NCBI GenBank assembly: GCA_963808625.1
Contig: CAWEHK010000019.1
Coordinates: 1-64,000 of the forward strand
Direction of reading: 5' to 3'
Length of the DNA: 64,000 nt
Origin: an uncultured delta proteobacterium
GTDB taxonomy: Bacteria; Desulfobacterota; Syntrophobacteria; Syntrophobacterales; Syntrophobacteraceae
Below are positions 9,361-20,891 of this stretch, piece after piece. The position numbers and the translations under genes were made by a program. Within the stretch, counting starts at the first letter, position 1; every line of letters starts with the position of its first letter. Under the pieces are notes generated by a model that was given only the letters and a program-made list of their open reading frames with translations, was not told the DNA's origin and did no database searches.

Positions 9361-10158
9361 ATGGAACCCAGCGGCATTCAAGGCAAGCGCGTTAGGATTT
9401 CCCTTGGAAAGCGGATGCGTGCGAGTCCGTCATTTCGCTGTTGCGGTGTCCGGCTTAACTGGGACGACTATCCCGACGAAGTGAAGGCGGCAATCATCGA
9501 TGCCGCTGAGGTCTTTTATCCCAGCCCTCTCTATGAGGATATTTTCCAGGCCCGTGGCAAAGAGACCTATCCTCGAAATTACTATGCCTTCCTGGGAAAC
9601 AAAATTCGTCAAACCAACCTCTTCCAGTTTCTGGGAATTTCTCATCCGCGCACCCGCATTTACTACGGCCGCAATCGTCCGGCGCGGATTTGCGGCGATT
9701 TTCCCTATCCTTTTGTCGCCAAAACGCCGGTCGGTTCCTCCATGGGGCAAGGAGTCTATCTGATTCAGGACGAGGCCGAACTGGCACGTTATCTGGAACG
9801 CCATCATCCGGCCTACATTCAGGAATACCTTCCTCTCACCCGTGATTTGCGGGTGGTCGTGATCAAGGGGAGGGTGGTCCACGCCTATTGGCGCATCCAC
9901 CAGCCCGGTGAGTTCCGCAACAACGTCGCCCAGGGCGGCACGATTTCCTTCGATGCGATTCCGGACGAGGCGCTCCTTTTTGCCGCTGATGCCGCCGCAC
10001 GATGCGGGTTCGATGAAGTCGGTCTCGACATCTGCCATGTCAATGACCGCTATTACGTAATTGAAGCCAATATGGTGTTCGGGCGCGAAGGATTTCGGCA
10101 GGCTGGTTTAGATTTTTACGAGATGCTCTGCGATATGGAGGAATCAGGCCTGTTATGA
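9361..10158 (+). CDS. RimK-family ATP-grasp ligase
   Basis: Motifs YPFVAKTPVGSSMGQGVYLI, YIQEYLP..RDLRVVVI, FRNNVAQGG, VGLDIC, YVIEAN. Confidence 0.85.
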   Translation: MEPSGIQGKRVRISLGKRMRASPSFRCCGVRLNWDDYPDEVKAAIIDAAEVFYPSPLYEDIFQARGKETYPRNYYAFLGNKIRQTNLFQFLGISHPRTRIYYGRNRPARICGDFPYPFVAKTPVGSSMGQGVYLIQDEAELARYLERHHPAYIQEYLPLTRDLRVVVIKGRVVHAYWRIHQPGEFRNNVAQGGTISFDAIPDEALLFAADAAARCGFDEVGLDICHVNDRYYVIEANMVFGREGFRQAGLDFYEMLCDMEESGLL

Positions 10159-10223
10159 GCGCGGCATTGCTCCTTCCAGCATTCCAACGCGGGAACAGGC
10201 GGGTTAGAAAACCCGCCCTCCGT

Positions 10224-11918
10224 TTATGAACGCTGCCCGGCACCTTGAAGCATTTCCCGGGCATGAGCGCGGGTCCTTTCCGAGATCGAGATCCCGCCAA
10301 GCATGCGAGCGAGCTCTTCCACACGATCGCCGCGGGACAGCAGGTGGATGTCGGTTGAGGTTTCCTCGGGTCCCGCTTCCTTTGTGACCTTAAAGTGATA
10401 GTCCCCGTAACAGGCGATTTGAGGGAGGTGGGTGATACAGACAACCTGCTGTCCTGCGGCGAGGCGCTTGAGCTGCAAGCCCACCAGTTCAGCGGTCCGT
10501 CCGCCAATCCCGGCATCCACCTCATCGAAAATCAGGGTCTCGGCATCGCTCTGGGAGCTCAGAATTCCTTTCAGGGCCAGAAGGATGCGCGACAGTTCGC
10601 CGCCTGACGCAATGCGCGCCAGCGGCTTCAGGTCCTCGCCCGGGTTCGCCGAAAGCACAAATTCCACGCGATCAATTCCGACAGGCGTGAGGAGCGAATC
10701 GGCAAGGGTTTCGGTTGGTTCTCTTTCCTGGAATCGTGCCGCAAAGCGTGCCCGTGGCATGTCCAGCAAGGCCAGGGTTTGCTCCACCGACACCGCCAGC
10801 CGCTCTGCAATCTCAAGCCGCTTTTGCGACAATTCGCGGGCCTTTTGGAGGTAGGTTTCGCGCAGTTCCTCCAATTTTTTTTCCAGCCTGGCTTCCTGAT
10901 AATCTCCTTCCTCCAGTTGCGACAACTGTCCGCGGAGCTCATCCAGCCGCTGCAGCATCGCCGCCACCGTGCCGCCGTGCTTCTTGCCGAGGCGCTGCAG
11001 CAGTGCCAGCCGTTCTTCCACTGCGGCCAGGCGATCGGGATCGAACGATACTCCCTGCGCGTAATGGTGCACTGCGTGAGCCAGCTCCTCGAGATGGATT
11101 TTCGCCTGTTCGAGATGGCCCAGCAGCGGCCCTTGTGACGGATCGATTTGCTTCAGAGCAGCGAGATATTTTTCCACTGCGGCAAACTGTTCGAGGATCG
11201 CTCCGCGTCCGCCGTACAGAGTCTGGTGAGCATTCTGTGCAGCCTCGTGGAGGGTGACCGCATGCTTGAGAAGGGTGCGCTCCTGTTCGAGCAAGGTGTC
11301 TTCGTTGGGTTTGAGCTTTGCGGCGACCAGTTCCTGGAGCTGGAAGCGCATCCATTCCAGTTGGGCGGCATGTTCTCGTTTCAAGCGTTCGAGCCGGCTG
11401 AGTTGGTCACGCGTATCCGACCAGTGGTGGTAGATACGACCCACCTCGCGGCACATGGCGTCAAGATCACCGAAGTTGTCGAGCGTTGCCAGATGGGTTT
11501 CCGAGTCCATCAGCAGTTGATGTTCATGCTGACCGGAAATGGAGATGAGCCCCCTCGTCAGCTGCTGAAGCTGTTGCAGGGTTACCTGCTGTTCATTTAC
11601 AAAAATCCGGTTGCGACCGCTGCGGCTGATCCCCCGTCGAATACAAATGGTTGCGCCTGGCTCCAGTTCCAGCTCAGACAGCCGAGCATTGAGGCCAGTG
11701 GTGTCCGGGAGTGAGAAGTTAGCCTCCACGGTGGCTTCGTTTGCTCCCGTACGAATCATTTCCTGAGAGGCGCGGCTGCCCAGAATGAGGTTGACCGCTC
11801 CGACGAGAATCGACTTGCCCGCTCCGGTCTCTCCGGAAACAATGTTCAACCCTCTTTGGAAGGAGACTTCCAGGTTTCTTATGATGGCGAAGTTGTTTAC
11901 CAGTAGATCCTCAAGCAC
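10224..11918 (-). CDS. recN: DNA repair protein RecN
   Basis: NFAII, SGETGAGKS Walker A, GQHEHQ, ASGGELSR, LIFDEVDAGIGG, CITHLPQIA. GTG start at 11918. Confidence 0.96.
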   Translation of the reverse strand: MLEDLLVNNFAIIRNLEVSFQRGLNIVSGETGAGKSILVGAVNLILGSRASQEMIRTGANEATVEANFSLPDTTGLNARLSELELEPGATICIRRGISRSGRNRIFVNEQQVTLQQLQQLTRGLISISGQHEHQLLMDSETHLATLDNFGDLDAMCREVGRIYHHWSDTRDQLSRLERLKREHAAQLEWMRFQLQELVAAKLKPNEDTLLEQERTLLKHAVTLHEAAQNAHQTLYGGRGAILEQFAAVEKYLAALKQIDPSQGPLLGHLEQAKIHLEELAHAVHHYAQGVSFDPDRLAAVEERLALLQRLGKKHGGTVAAMLQRLDELRGQLSQLEEGDYQEARLEKKLEELRETYLQKARELSQKRLEIAERLAVSVEQTLALLDMPRARFAARFQEREPTETLADSLLTPVGIDRVEFVLSANPGEDLKPLARIASGGELSRILLALKGILSSQSDAETLIFDEVDAGIGGRTAELVGLQLKRLAAGQQVVCITHLPQIACYGDYHFKVTKEAGPEETSTDIHLLSRGDRVEELARMLGGISISERTRAHAREMLQGAGQRS

Positions 11919-12165
11919 GTTACCATGTCTCCCTTTCAAATCCACCGCAGGGACGCAGAGAGCGTAGAGAAAGCGTGTCACTTGACTCTCTGCGTCCTCT
12001 GCGTCTCTGCGGTGAAAAAAAAGCCAGCCTCGACCAGCATAATTCTCCCGATCATACGGGAAGCCGGGCGCAAAAAAAATTGGTTTCTTGCAGCATTTCT
12101 GTTAAGGTAGCTCCCTTAATTTTGACCCTTGGGATTGAACTCATTATCCACAGGTTATTCAAACC

Positions 12166-14831
12166 ATGAGGTGGCGGTGGCGCAGGATGGGAACCGGAAC
12201 AGAATTCTCCATTCACCAGGACCCTTACGGTTATGCCGTAGCGGATAAGCCTCGCTGCCTCTTCCAAAGCTGGTTCGAGCGACTGGTTTCGAAAACCTCC
12301 GTGCCTGAGGATCAGCAGCGTCTGCTGGAAGGTCTGGCTCAGCGCGGTTCCATTGTCTATGCCACCAAATATCGGTCCCAGCTGGATTTTGTGAGTTTGA
12401 GCCTGCGCCTGCACCAGTTGGGATTGCCGTCGCCAACCTTCATCTTTGATCTTCACCCCTATTTGTGGCAGCCTCGATGGTATGCCGTCAAGATCCTCGC
12501 GTATCATCTCTACCATTTTATCCGCAAAGGTGCTCTCCCAAATGCTTATGACAATGGCTACTACGAGGAAAAAATCCGCAGCGGAGAGTGTGGCCTGTTA
12601 TCTCTGCTGGGAGAAAAAGGCTATTATCGACGCACGGTTTATGTGGGCAACGATCCTCTGGAGCATCTGCTGAAAATTCAGGAAAAAAGGCAGGAGCCCA
12701 TTTTTGTGGTGCCTCTGGTATTGCTCTACAGCCGACATCCCGTGCGGGAACGGCGCGGGCTGCGGGAAATATTTCTCGGTCAAAAGGACCAACCCGGCCT
12801 TCTTCGAAAGGCCCTTTCCCTCTTTCAGGGTTATTCCGATGCCGTGCTGGAGGCTGGGGAGCCCCTGGATCTCCAGCGGGTGCTGCCCGAGCTCTCGACC
12901 ATTTTTACCCAGCGGCGCAAGCAAATTTTCGAGCTTCGGCGAGAGCTGATTGATTCCGTTGACAATATCAAAAAAGCGATTGTCGGTCCCACCCTGAAGA
13001 GCAAACTCGAGCTCAAGGAAATCATCCTGCATCACCCCAGGCTGGAAGCCTTCATGCAGCGACGAGCGCGCTCCAGCAACCAGGAAATCTGGAAGGTCCG
13101 GATGGAAGCGGACAAGTATCTCGAGGAGATCGCCGCCAATTTCAACTATACTATTACCCAGTTGGGAGAGAAGGTCCTGGACTGGGTGTGGAACAATCTC
13201 TTCGATGGGATTGAAGTGGATAATGCCAGCCTGCAGAAGGTTAAGCAGGCCGCTCGACACAGTACCCTGGTCTACGTTCCGTGCCATAAAAGCCACACCG
13301 ATTACATGATTATCTCCTCGATCCTCTTTCAGAATAAACTGTCGTTGCCCATTGTCGCCGCCGGCAAGAACCTTGCGTTCTGGCCGCTGGGGGCGCTCTT
13401 CAGGCGAGGTGGGGCTTTTTTCATACGGCGCAGCTTTAAGGGAATGAAATTCTATGCCGAGGTGTTTTCCCTATATGTAAAGACCATGGTGCAGCTTGGC
13501 CACAACATCGAATTTTTCATCGAGGGGGGACGCAGCCGCACCGGCAAAATGGTGCTGCCGAAACTGGGCCTGCTGGCGATCTTGATTCAATCCGTCGAAG
13601 AAGGTTTTTGTGATGACCTGGTCTTTGTGCCGACCTCTATCTGCTACGATCGGATCCCCGAAGAGGAGTCCTATCTGACGGAGCTCTCCGGCGGGTCGAA
13701 GGCCAAGGAAAACATTGGTCAGCTGGTGAGCGCCCGCCGCTTCCTGAAGAAGCGTTACGGCCGCGTCTACGTGCAGTTTGCCGAACCGTTATCACTCCAG
13801 CAATACCTGCAGCGCTTTGGGGGTGATTTCTCGAAGCTGTGCCCCAAGGATCGGCATGTGTTGTACCGGGATTTTGCCTACCGGATCATTAACAGCATCA
13901 ATCAGGCTTCCCTGGTGACGCCCCACGCCCTGGCGGCTTCCGCCCTCCTGGCATCGTCCCGTCGGGGTGTGTCCAAGGCCGAATTTCAAGAGATCTGTGA
14001 GATCTTTTATGAGTATCTGGTAAGCAGTGGAGCGCAGCTCTCCAAGACCTTGCGGAATTTCGACACGCTCATTGAAGACACCTTGCGCGACTTCGAACGC
14101 AGCAAGCTGGTCGGGAAGCTTAAGGATGAGGACGACGACCTGGAAGAGGAAGTGTTCACCGTTGAGGACAGCAAACGCCTGGCCCTGGAATACTACAAGA
14201 ACAACCTCATTCATTTCCTCCTTTCAGCGGCCTTTGTTTCCACTTCCATCCTTGCGCAGCAGACATTTCGCTTCAGTCGGGCGCAATTATTGGAGGATGT
14301 GGCTTTTATCAAAGACTTCTTCAAGTTCGAGTTCGTTTACGACAATGAAATAGACAACGAAGACTGGTTGATAAGGTGCTCGAGTCATTTGAACAGCTCG
14401 ATTGGCTGCATCGGCAGAGTGCGGGCGACCAACCTTACATTCTTGCTCATAAGGGCCTGAGGGCTGCCCATGCCTTTCAGGGGTTGCTGCAGAATTATTT
14501 TGAAGGTTACTGGCTGGTGTTGAGGGCCTTCCGCTATCTTCAGAGGAAATCGTATAGCGAAAAGGACTTTGTGAAGAAGGTCTCGCATCTTGGGCAGAAA
14601 GCTCTGAAACTGGAGTTGATCGAACGTCCCGAGGCGATTTCTAATATCATTTTTCTCAACGCCCTCAAGTATTACCTTGAGAAGAGTGTGATTGAAAAAC
14701 GAACCGAGGATGAAAAGGGCAAGGAAAGGGACCAGGAATTCTACACGGATGCCGGCAACAGGCTTTTGGTGCAGCATTACAGCAAACAGATCAGCCGCTT
14801 CCTGCGTTCCCCCCACTTTACTCTGCAGTAG
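12166..14831 (+). CDS. plsB: Glycerol-3-phosphate acyltransferase PlsB-like (frameshift near 14370)
   Basis: Motifs PCHKSHTDY, AAGKNL, GAFFIRRSF, FFIEGGRSRTGK; C-terminus continues in ORF 14376-14831. Confidence 0.88.
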
Positions 14832-14915
14832 GTGAGAGAGTTCGTGACTGTCTCGTGCAAACAGTTCGTGTTCGGGCTGAAATGGCAATGATCTTAATTC
14901 GAGGGAGGCGTTTAG

Positions 14916-15992
14916 ATGGAAATCAAAATTCAACCCGTTGATCCTGCCAAACGGCAACCCAAGCCGGCAGACGAAACGAAGCTGGTCTTCGGAAGGATTT
15001 TCAGCGATCACATGTTTATGATGGATTGGCGCGCGGGTCAGGGTTGGCAGGATCCCCGCATCGAGCCTTACCGTAATCTTGCGCTCAACCCTGCAGCCAT
15101 GGTGCTTCATTATGGACAGGGCATCTTCGAGGGTTTGAAGGCCTACCGGTGGCATGATGGGACCATCCGGCTGTTCCGGCCCGAAAAGAACTGGGAGCGG
15201 TTCAATCGTTCCGCGCGACGGATGTGCATGCCGGAAATCGAAATCGCCGATCAGTTCGAGCTTGTTGGAAGCCTCCTGAGCATCGACCAGGATTGGGTCC
15301 CGCGCAGCGTGGGCTCGTCGCTTTATGTGCGGCCCACCATGATCGCGAGTGAGGCCCACCTGGGTGTGCGCCCGGCAAGCGAATATCTCTACTATGTGAT
15401 CACCGGGCCGGTGGCTGCTTATTATGCCGAAGGATTCAATCCGGTCAAGATCTGGGTTTCGGATCAGTTCGTGCGTGCCGTGCGAGGCGGGGTCGGAGAA
15501 GCCAAGACCATGGCCAATTACGCCTCCAGCCTGTTTGCCGCCGAGTATGCGAAAAGCCAGGGCTTTACCCAGGTGCTGTGGCTCGATGCCGTCGAAAGAC
15601 GCTTCGTCGAAGAAGTGGGGACCATGAACATCTTCTTTAGAATCCGGGATGAGTTGGTAACCCCGGCTCTTTCCGGGTCGATCCTTCCCGGTGTTACTCG
15701 GGACTCGGTCATTCAACTGGCGCAACATTGGGGCATTTCCGTGCAGGAACGCCAGATCGATATCCATGAGGTGATCGATGCGGTGAAGTCCGGTGCCATG
15801 AAGGAGATCTTTGGGACGGGCACGGCGGCCGTTGTTTCTCCCGTGGGCGAACTCTCCTTTCAGGGCGAATCCTTCCAGGTGCAGGATGGCGGGGTTGGCG
15901 AATGGTCGCACAAATTCTACGAGGAGATTGTGGGAATTCAGTACGGCGAGAAAGAAGACAAGTTCGGCTGGGTTTACCGGGTTAAGGTATAG
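14916..15992 (+). CDS. ilvE: Branched-chain amino acid aminotransferase
   Basis: Motifs FSDHMF, LHYGQGIFEGLKAY, LYVRP, GEAKTMANY, EEVGTMN, ILPGVTR, FGTGTAAVVSPV; GGAGG RBS. Confidence 0.96.
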   Translation: MEIKIQPVDPAKRQPKPADETKLVFGRIFSDHMFMMDWRAGQGWQDPRIEPYRNLALNPAAMVLHYGQGIFEGLKAYRWHDGTIRLFRPEKNWERFNRSARRMCMPEIEIADQFELVGSLLSIDQDWVPRSVGSSLYVRPTMIASEAHLGVRPASEYLYYVITGPVAAYYAEGFNPVKIWVSDQFVRAVRGGVGEAKTMANYASSLFAAEYAKSQGFTQVLWLDAVERRFVEEVGTMNIFFRIRDELVTPALSGSILPGVTRDSVIQLAQHWGISVQERQIDIHEVIDAVKSGAMKEIFGTGTAAVVSPVGELSFQGESFQVQDGGVGEWSHKFYEEIVGIQYGEKEDKFGWVYRVKV

Positions 15993-16152
15993 AATAGGAC
16001 GGGTATGACGGATACGACAGATAAGACGGACCCTGAGTTGCGGGCTGTCAAATGCGGCTTGGTGGATTCATTGGGGAGGGCTTGATTTTTCTTTCGGCAT
16101 GATTACGATGAAGTCCGAGGCTGACTGAATGTCGCCTTCTCCTAACCCCTCC

Positions 16153-16199
16153 AAGTCCCGTTCTGCTATCCCCCTCCGGCAGAGCGGGACTTCTTTTTT
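16153..16199 (+). terminator. Rho-independent terminator
   Basis: 14-bp stem AAGTCCCGTTCTGC/GCAGAGCGGGACTT, loop TATCCCCCTCCG, followed by CTTTTTT. Confidence 0.8.
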
Positions 16200-16304
16200 A
16201 GGCCGGACGTCAATCCGGGTCTCTCACCCCCCGAACCAGGAAAAAGAACGTCAGAAGCCGGCATCCATCCCCGGCCACCTCCAACCGCGTTTCACATGAA
16301 GAAG

Positions 16305-16450
16305 TGAACATCGAATCTCGAACAAGGAATGTCGAATGATGAAGTTTTTTGGTTTTGCTGTCCTGTCTTAATGCCCGCCACAAATCTTCAAAGCTGGATT
16401 CCCTGCAATCCTTCGACATTCTGCGGTTCCTTGTTCGATATTCGAGATTC
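16305..16450. repeat. Inverted repeat pair of GAATCTCGAACAAGGAATGTCGAA type
   Basis: gaacatcgaatctcgaacaaggaatgtcgaa ... ttcgacattctgcggttccttgttcgatattcgagattc. Confidence 0.7.
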
Positions 16451-16535
16451 AGCTAAATGAGCGCCTATCCATATCGAGGGGGAAGAACCGGGTTTAGACT
16501 TGCGCCCGTGTGTACTAGCCGCTGATCACTAGCCA

Positions 16536-17006
16536 CTAATCACCAGCCACTCTTGACAACAGGTAATCTCCGATTGCATCTTCCCAGTAGCGCATGAATT
16601 CGATGTAGTATTCTTCCGTATAGCGATTTACGAAATCCTCCCCTGCTTCACTCAGCGCGGTATAGGTGTAGGTGACGGTGGCATCAGTCCCGCCTGCTTC
16701 GTTTTGCTGGAGAGAGATGTTGAGCTTGGCCACGGTGGTCCAGGGGGTGAGCTTGATGATTTCCATCTCGAATTCGGTGGGGTCTCGCTTGGTGATGATC
16801 CAGGCGGACTCCGGTTCAGTGTTGCCGGTTAGAAAGATGCAGTCCGGTTCTGCGAGACCGGATTGGGAATAAACGACGATGGGATCCCATCCCTTCACCC
16901 ATTCGGTCTCCCGCACCGGGCAGAGCAGCGGGAATACCTCCTCTGGAGGTGCCTGGATCTTTTGGACATAAGTTCTCGTTACCCTGGACGGCGCCATCAC
17001 TTTCAT
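16536..17006 (-). CDS. SRPBCC/START-like hypothetical protein
   Basis: IQAPPEEVFPLLCPVRETEWVKGW start, beta-rich middle and C-terminal helix; GAGGAGG RBS. Confidence 0.7.
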   Translation of the reverse strand: MKVMAPSRVTRTYVQKIQAPPEEVFPLLCPVRETEWVKGWDPIVVYSQSGLAEPDCIFLTGNTEPESAWIITKRDPTEFEMEIIKLTPWTTVAKLNISLQQNEAGGTDATVTYTYTALSEAGEDFVNRYTEEYYIEFMRYWEDAIGDYLLSRVAGD

Positions 17007-17353
17007 CCCACAAAACCTCCTCTTGAAGCTCCGAGCTGAAGCCTTGTCTGCCTTTTGGAGAGAAAAAACGCGAAAAGCGTGCTAGAAATACGACGCTTAA
17101 AATGGCAAAAAGGCTTCGGAATCTGTATGGTCTAAAATCCTGATCTTCAATTTCATTGATGGAAGAGCTGAGATCGGGGAGCCTATCCGATTTTTGCCTG
17201 CAATTCAAAGAGAAATTCAACTGGGGAGCGCGGACTCAGGAGTCATAATTCAGAGTAACCACGTTCGGTTATGCGTTGTCGCCGGGGTCCGTTTTGCTGC
17301 CTCTGGTGTTCTCGATTTTATGGTGACCCCAGGGGTCATGGGAGCTAGTTGCG

Positions 17354-18452
17354 ATGCGAGGGTTTTTTCAGAGATTATTTCCAGGGCGCAAAAACAGGCG
17401 GTTTTCTGCCTGGCAGATTGAGCTCACCACCCGCTGCCCGCTGCGCTGCAAGATGTGCATTCGCGAAGGAGCGGCACAGTGGCATACTGCGGACATGGCT
17501 ATCGATGATTTTAGCGAAACTGGTCCCGTACCTGAAGGATGTGGAGACCGCCGTGCTTGAAGGATGGGGAGAGCCGCTGGTCTACCGGGACTTGACCAAG
17601 GTTGTCAGGATGGTCAAGGAGGCTCAATGCCGGGCCGGCTTTGTGACCAGCGGCTGGGGGCTCGATGGCGACCGGGTGGCCGAGCTCATTCATGCCGGAC
17701 TTGACTTCATCGGTTTTTCTCTCTCCGGTACCACGCCGGAAACCCACAACGTGATCCGGGCGAATTCCAACCTTAACAGTGTGCTGCAAGCGATCCAAAT
17801 CTTCCAGGAGCTCAAAGCCAGAGACAAGCTTACCAAGCCGAAGCTGCACATCGTTTTTCTGATGATCAAGGACAATCTTGACGAGGTTCCTCTCATCGTG
17901 GACCTCGCAAAGGGGGTCGGCATTGACCATATCGTGCTGGTCAACCTGATCCAGGTGACCAATGCCTGGCAGGAGCAGCAAAGGCTATTCACCTGCGACG
18001 GAGGTGACCAGCCCGCTCCTTTGAAAGAGGCGGCCATGAAAGCCCGCGCCCTCAAGATCCGGCTCCGTATGGCGTCCCTGTCTCCTGCCGAGGTCGGGGT
18101 GTGTGCCGAAGACCCGCTGCGGAACCTCTATATATCGGTGGATGGGAACATCTCCCCTTGTGTATACCTCTATCCTCCCGTTCCTTCGCTCTTGAAGACC
18201 TGGTATTGCGGCAATGAGCAGCCCGGTTCCACGCTGAGTTTCGGGAATATTTTCGAAGAGCCGTTGGAGAGCATCTGGAACCGCGAACCATACATGGCAT
18301 TTCGCAATAGCTTTGCGCAGCGCCAAAAGCGCTTCGACGAAAAATATCCCCCTCTTATCGGGGACCAGAAACCTGCGCGGAAACCCGGGGAGATCATGCT
18401 GCCGCTACCCCCGGAGCCGTGCCGAACGTGTCATAAGATGCTTGGGGTATAA
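17354..18452 (+). CDS. Radical SAM protein with SPASM/twitch domain (frameshift near 17510)
   Basis: IELTTRCPLRCKMC in ORF 17354-17560 joins EGWGEPL...CAEDPLRNLYISVDGNISPCVY...FGNIFEEPLESIW...CRTC. Confidence 0.85.
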
Positions 18453-18529
18453 TAGGTCGCTGTCCGGCAAGGTTTGTGAGGAGGAGATGCAAGGAATTTT
18501 GAGATAGTCGCTGAGGAGAGGAGCGCCCG

Positions 18530-20685
18530 ATGCTCAAACGTGAATTAACGGAAAAGTTGCTTTATGGCCATGAGTTCGCGGGCCGTTTCACCCAGGACTC
18601 GCCAATCCTGCCCGACGTCTGGATAAAGTGCGCCGAAAACCCTGTTGAACGGCACGACCTGCTCATTACGCCCTACCTGGAAGCGGCGGCAACCCGGATG
18701 AGTGCGGGTCGCCTGAGCCGCGAGCTGCGCGAGCGGCTGGAAAGCGAGGCGACGACACGCGTCTGGCAGCGACTGCATCCCGCCGAGACTCGCCCCGCAG
18801 CCCGCGTCGCCTACAATCAGTCGACCGTTGCCGCCTGGCTGACGTTTGATGAGGTCGTGCGCGTCCTGCTTCCGCTTTCCAAGTGGTGGACGAATCGGGT
18901 AACCCGGTACGGTCTCGACCATCGGCTGAAGGCCCTCTCCGACCCTGCGTCCCAAGAGGTACAGATCCTCGCGGAAATCCTCGCTTACCCGCAGCGGATC
19001 CATAAGCGGAGCGCGCGCCGGCGGGAATATAGCTGGCTTTCGCTCGATGTCGTCTGGATGGTGCGGGTCATTGGGACCATCGGCCTCGCGATGGATGCAA
19101 GCGAAGAGGCGCCGGCGAAGGCGGCTGCGCCCCAGCCGCTCCCTGACGTTCCCGTGACGGTGTGGCCGAGTGATCTGCTCGAACGGCCCGCGCGTGTTGG
19201 AGAACCGGAGGAATTGCGCGACCGCCGATTGACCTACTACCGGCGTATCGTGAAAAAAGTCGCCGACCTGCTCGAAGACCTTGTCCCTACGGGAGACGAA
19301 CATGCTTCCATCTATGCCGTCAGCCTCAACCGCAAAGCCGGGACGACCATCTGGCGCTCCACCGTGGCCGTCAAAGCGGACGCCGCCTGCCGCGTCTTCG
19401 ACCTGTCCTGTCGCGATTTGTGCTGGGCCGTCATCGACAGTGGCATAGATGCCCGTCATCCGGCCTTCCGCAAGCGTTACACCAACCGTGCGCAAGCCCG
19501 CGAGCTGCCGGTCCCGCTCCCCCAGAAGATTGCGGAGGAGACCGGCGACCCCCATGATGCTCAGTCCGATGAGCGCCATAAACAGTGGCGCGAGGAGCAT
19601 CGGAACATCTTGCGCAAGACCGACTGGTCGGAGCGCACCCGCATCGTCGCCACCTATGACTTCACCATCATTCGCTATCTCCTTGCTGCCGATGGTGAGG
19701 ACGATACGGGGGTGCCTGAAGATGTGCGGACGCGGCTCGAGACCATCGAGAGACGATTACGGCAAAACAAAAAGTCCAGCCTCAGCTCACAGCTGCGCAA
19801 CAGCCTCCAGAGCGGGCGGGAGATCGACTGGTCGCTCCTCGAAGAACTGATCCGCATCCCGCATGACCGTGACTACGAATGCGCCCAACCATGAGCATGG
19901 CACCCATGTTGCCGGAATTCTGGGGGCGGATTGGCGCAAGACGGACGTGGACGAAATGTTTCCCGCTCCCGATAACGTGCGCGGCCTCTGTCCGGACATC
20001 AATCTCTACGACCTGCGCGTGCTCGACGACAACGGCGAGGGCGACGAGTTCAACGTGATGGCGGCGCTCCAGTTTGTCCGGAGCCTCAACGCCCATAAGG
20101 ACTACATGGTCGTGCACGGCGTCAACCTCAGCCTCTCCATCCCGCATGACGTCGCCAATTACGCCTGTGGGCGCACGCCGGTGTGCGAGGAGTGCGAGCG
20201 GTTGGTGGGAGCGGGGATCGTTGTGGTGGCGGCGGCCGGCAATGACGGCTACCTTCAGTACATGACCGCCAAGGGGCTTGACGGAGGGATATCGGAGCAT
20301 CAGCATTACCGACCCCGGTAACGCCGATGGCGTCATTACCGTCGGTTCGACCCATCGTGACCAGCCTCACACCTACGGCGTGTCGTACTTTTCGAGCCGC
20401 GGTCCGACCGGCGACGGACGCGCCAAACCTGACCTCGTGGCCCCCGGCGAGAAGATCGAAGCCCCGGTTCCCTACCGCGAGCTCAAGCGCAAGGATGGGA
20501 CCAGCATGGCCGCACCCCACGTCAGCGGTGCCGCCGCCCTCCTCATCGCCCGTCATCGCGAACTTGCGGGGCAGCCCAAGCGGATCAAGGAGATCCTCTG
20601 CCGCTCCGCAACCGATTTGGGCCGTGAGCGCTATTTCCAGGGGGCCGGCATGCTCGATATTCTCCGTGCGCTCCAATCGGTGTAA
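18530..20685 (+). CDS. S8 (subtilisin-like) serine peptidase with long N-terminal region (two frameshifts)
   Basis: Triad across three ORF pieces: AVIDSGID, HGTHVAGI, GTSMAAPHVSG; also VNLSL, AAAGNDG, FSSRGP, KPDLVAPG. No signal peptide visible. Confidence 0.9.
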
Positions 20686-20845
20686 GGGATTGTCCAAAAA
20701 TAAGAGATCATCTCTCACCACGGAATACACGGAACACACGGAACAAACATAATCAGAGACACAAAATACCAGAACTGATTTTTCAGTGCGTTCCGTGGTT
20801 TGAAAATGGATCGAAATGAGAGCAAGTTATTTTTGGACGGCGTCT
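20685..20845. repeat. MITE-like element with CACGGAACA nonamer repeats
   Basis: Inverted ends GTCCAAAAATAA / TTATTTTTGGAC enclose cacggaatacacggaacacacggaac. Confidence 0.7.
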
Positions 20846-20891
20846 GACCCTCTGCATCCGGCCGTCATCAAGCAAAAGGGAGGACCCAGCC

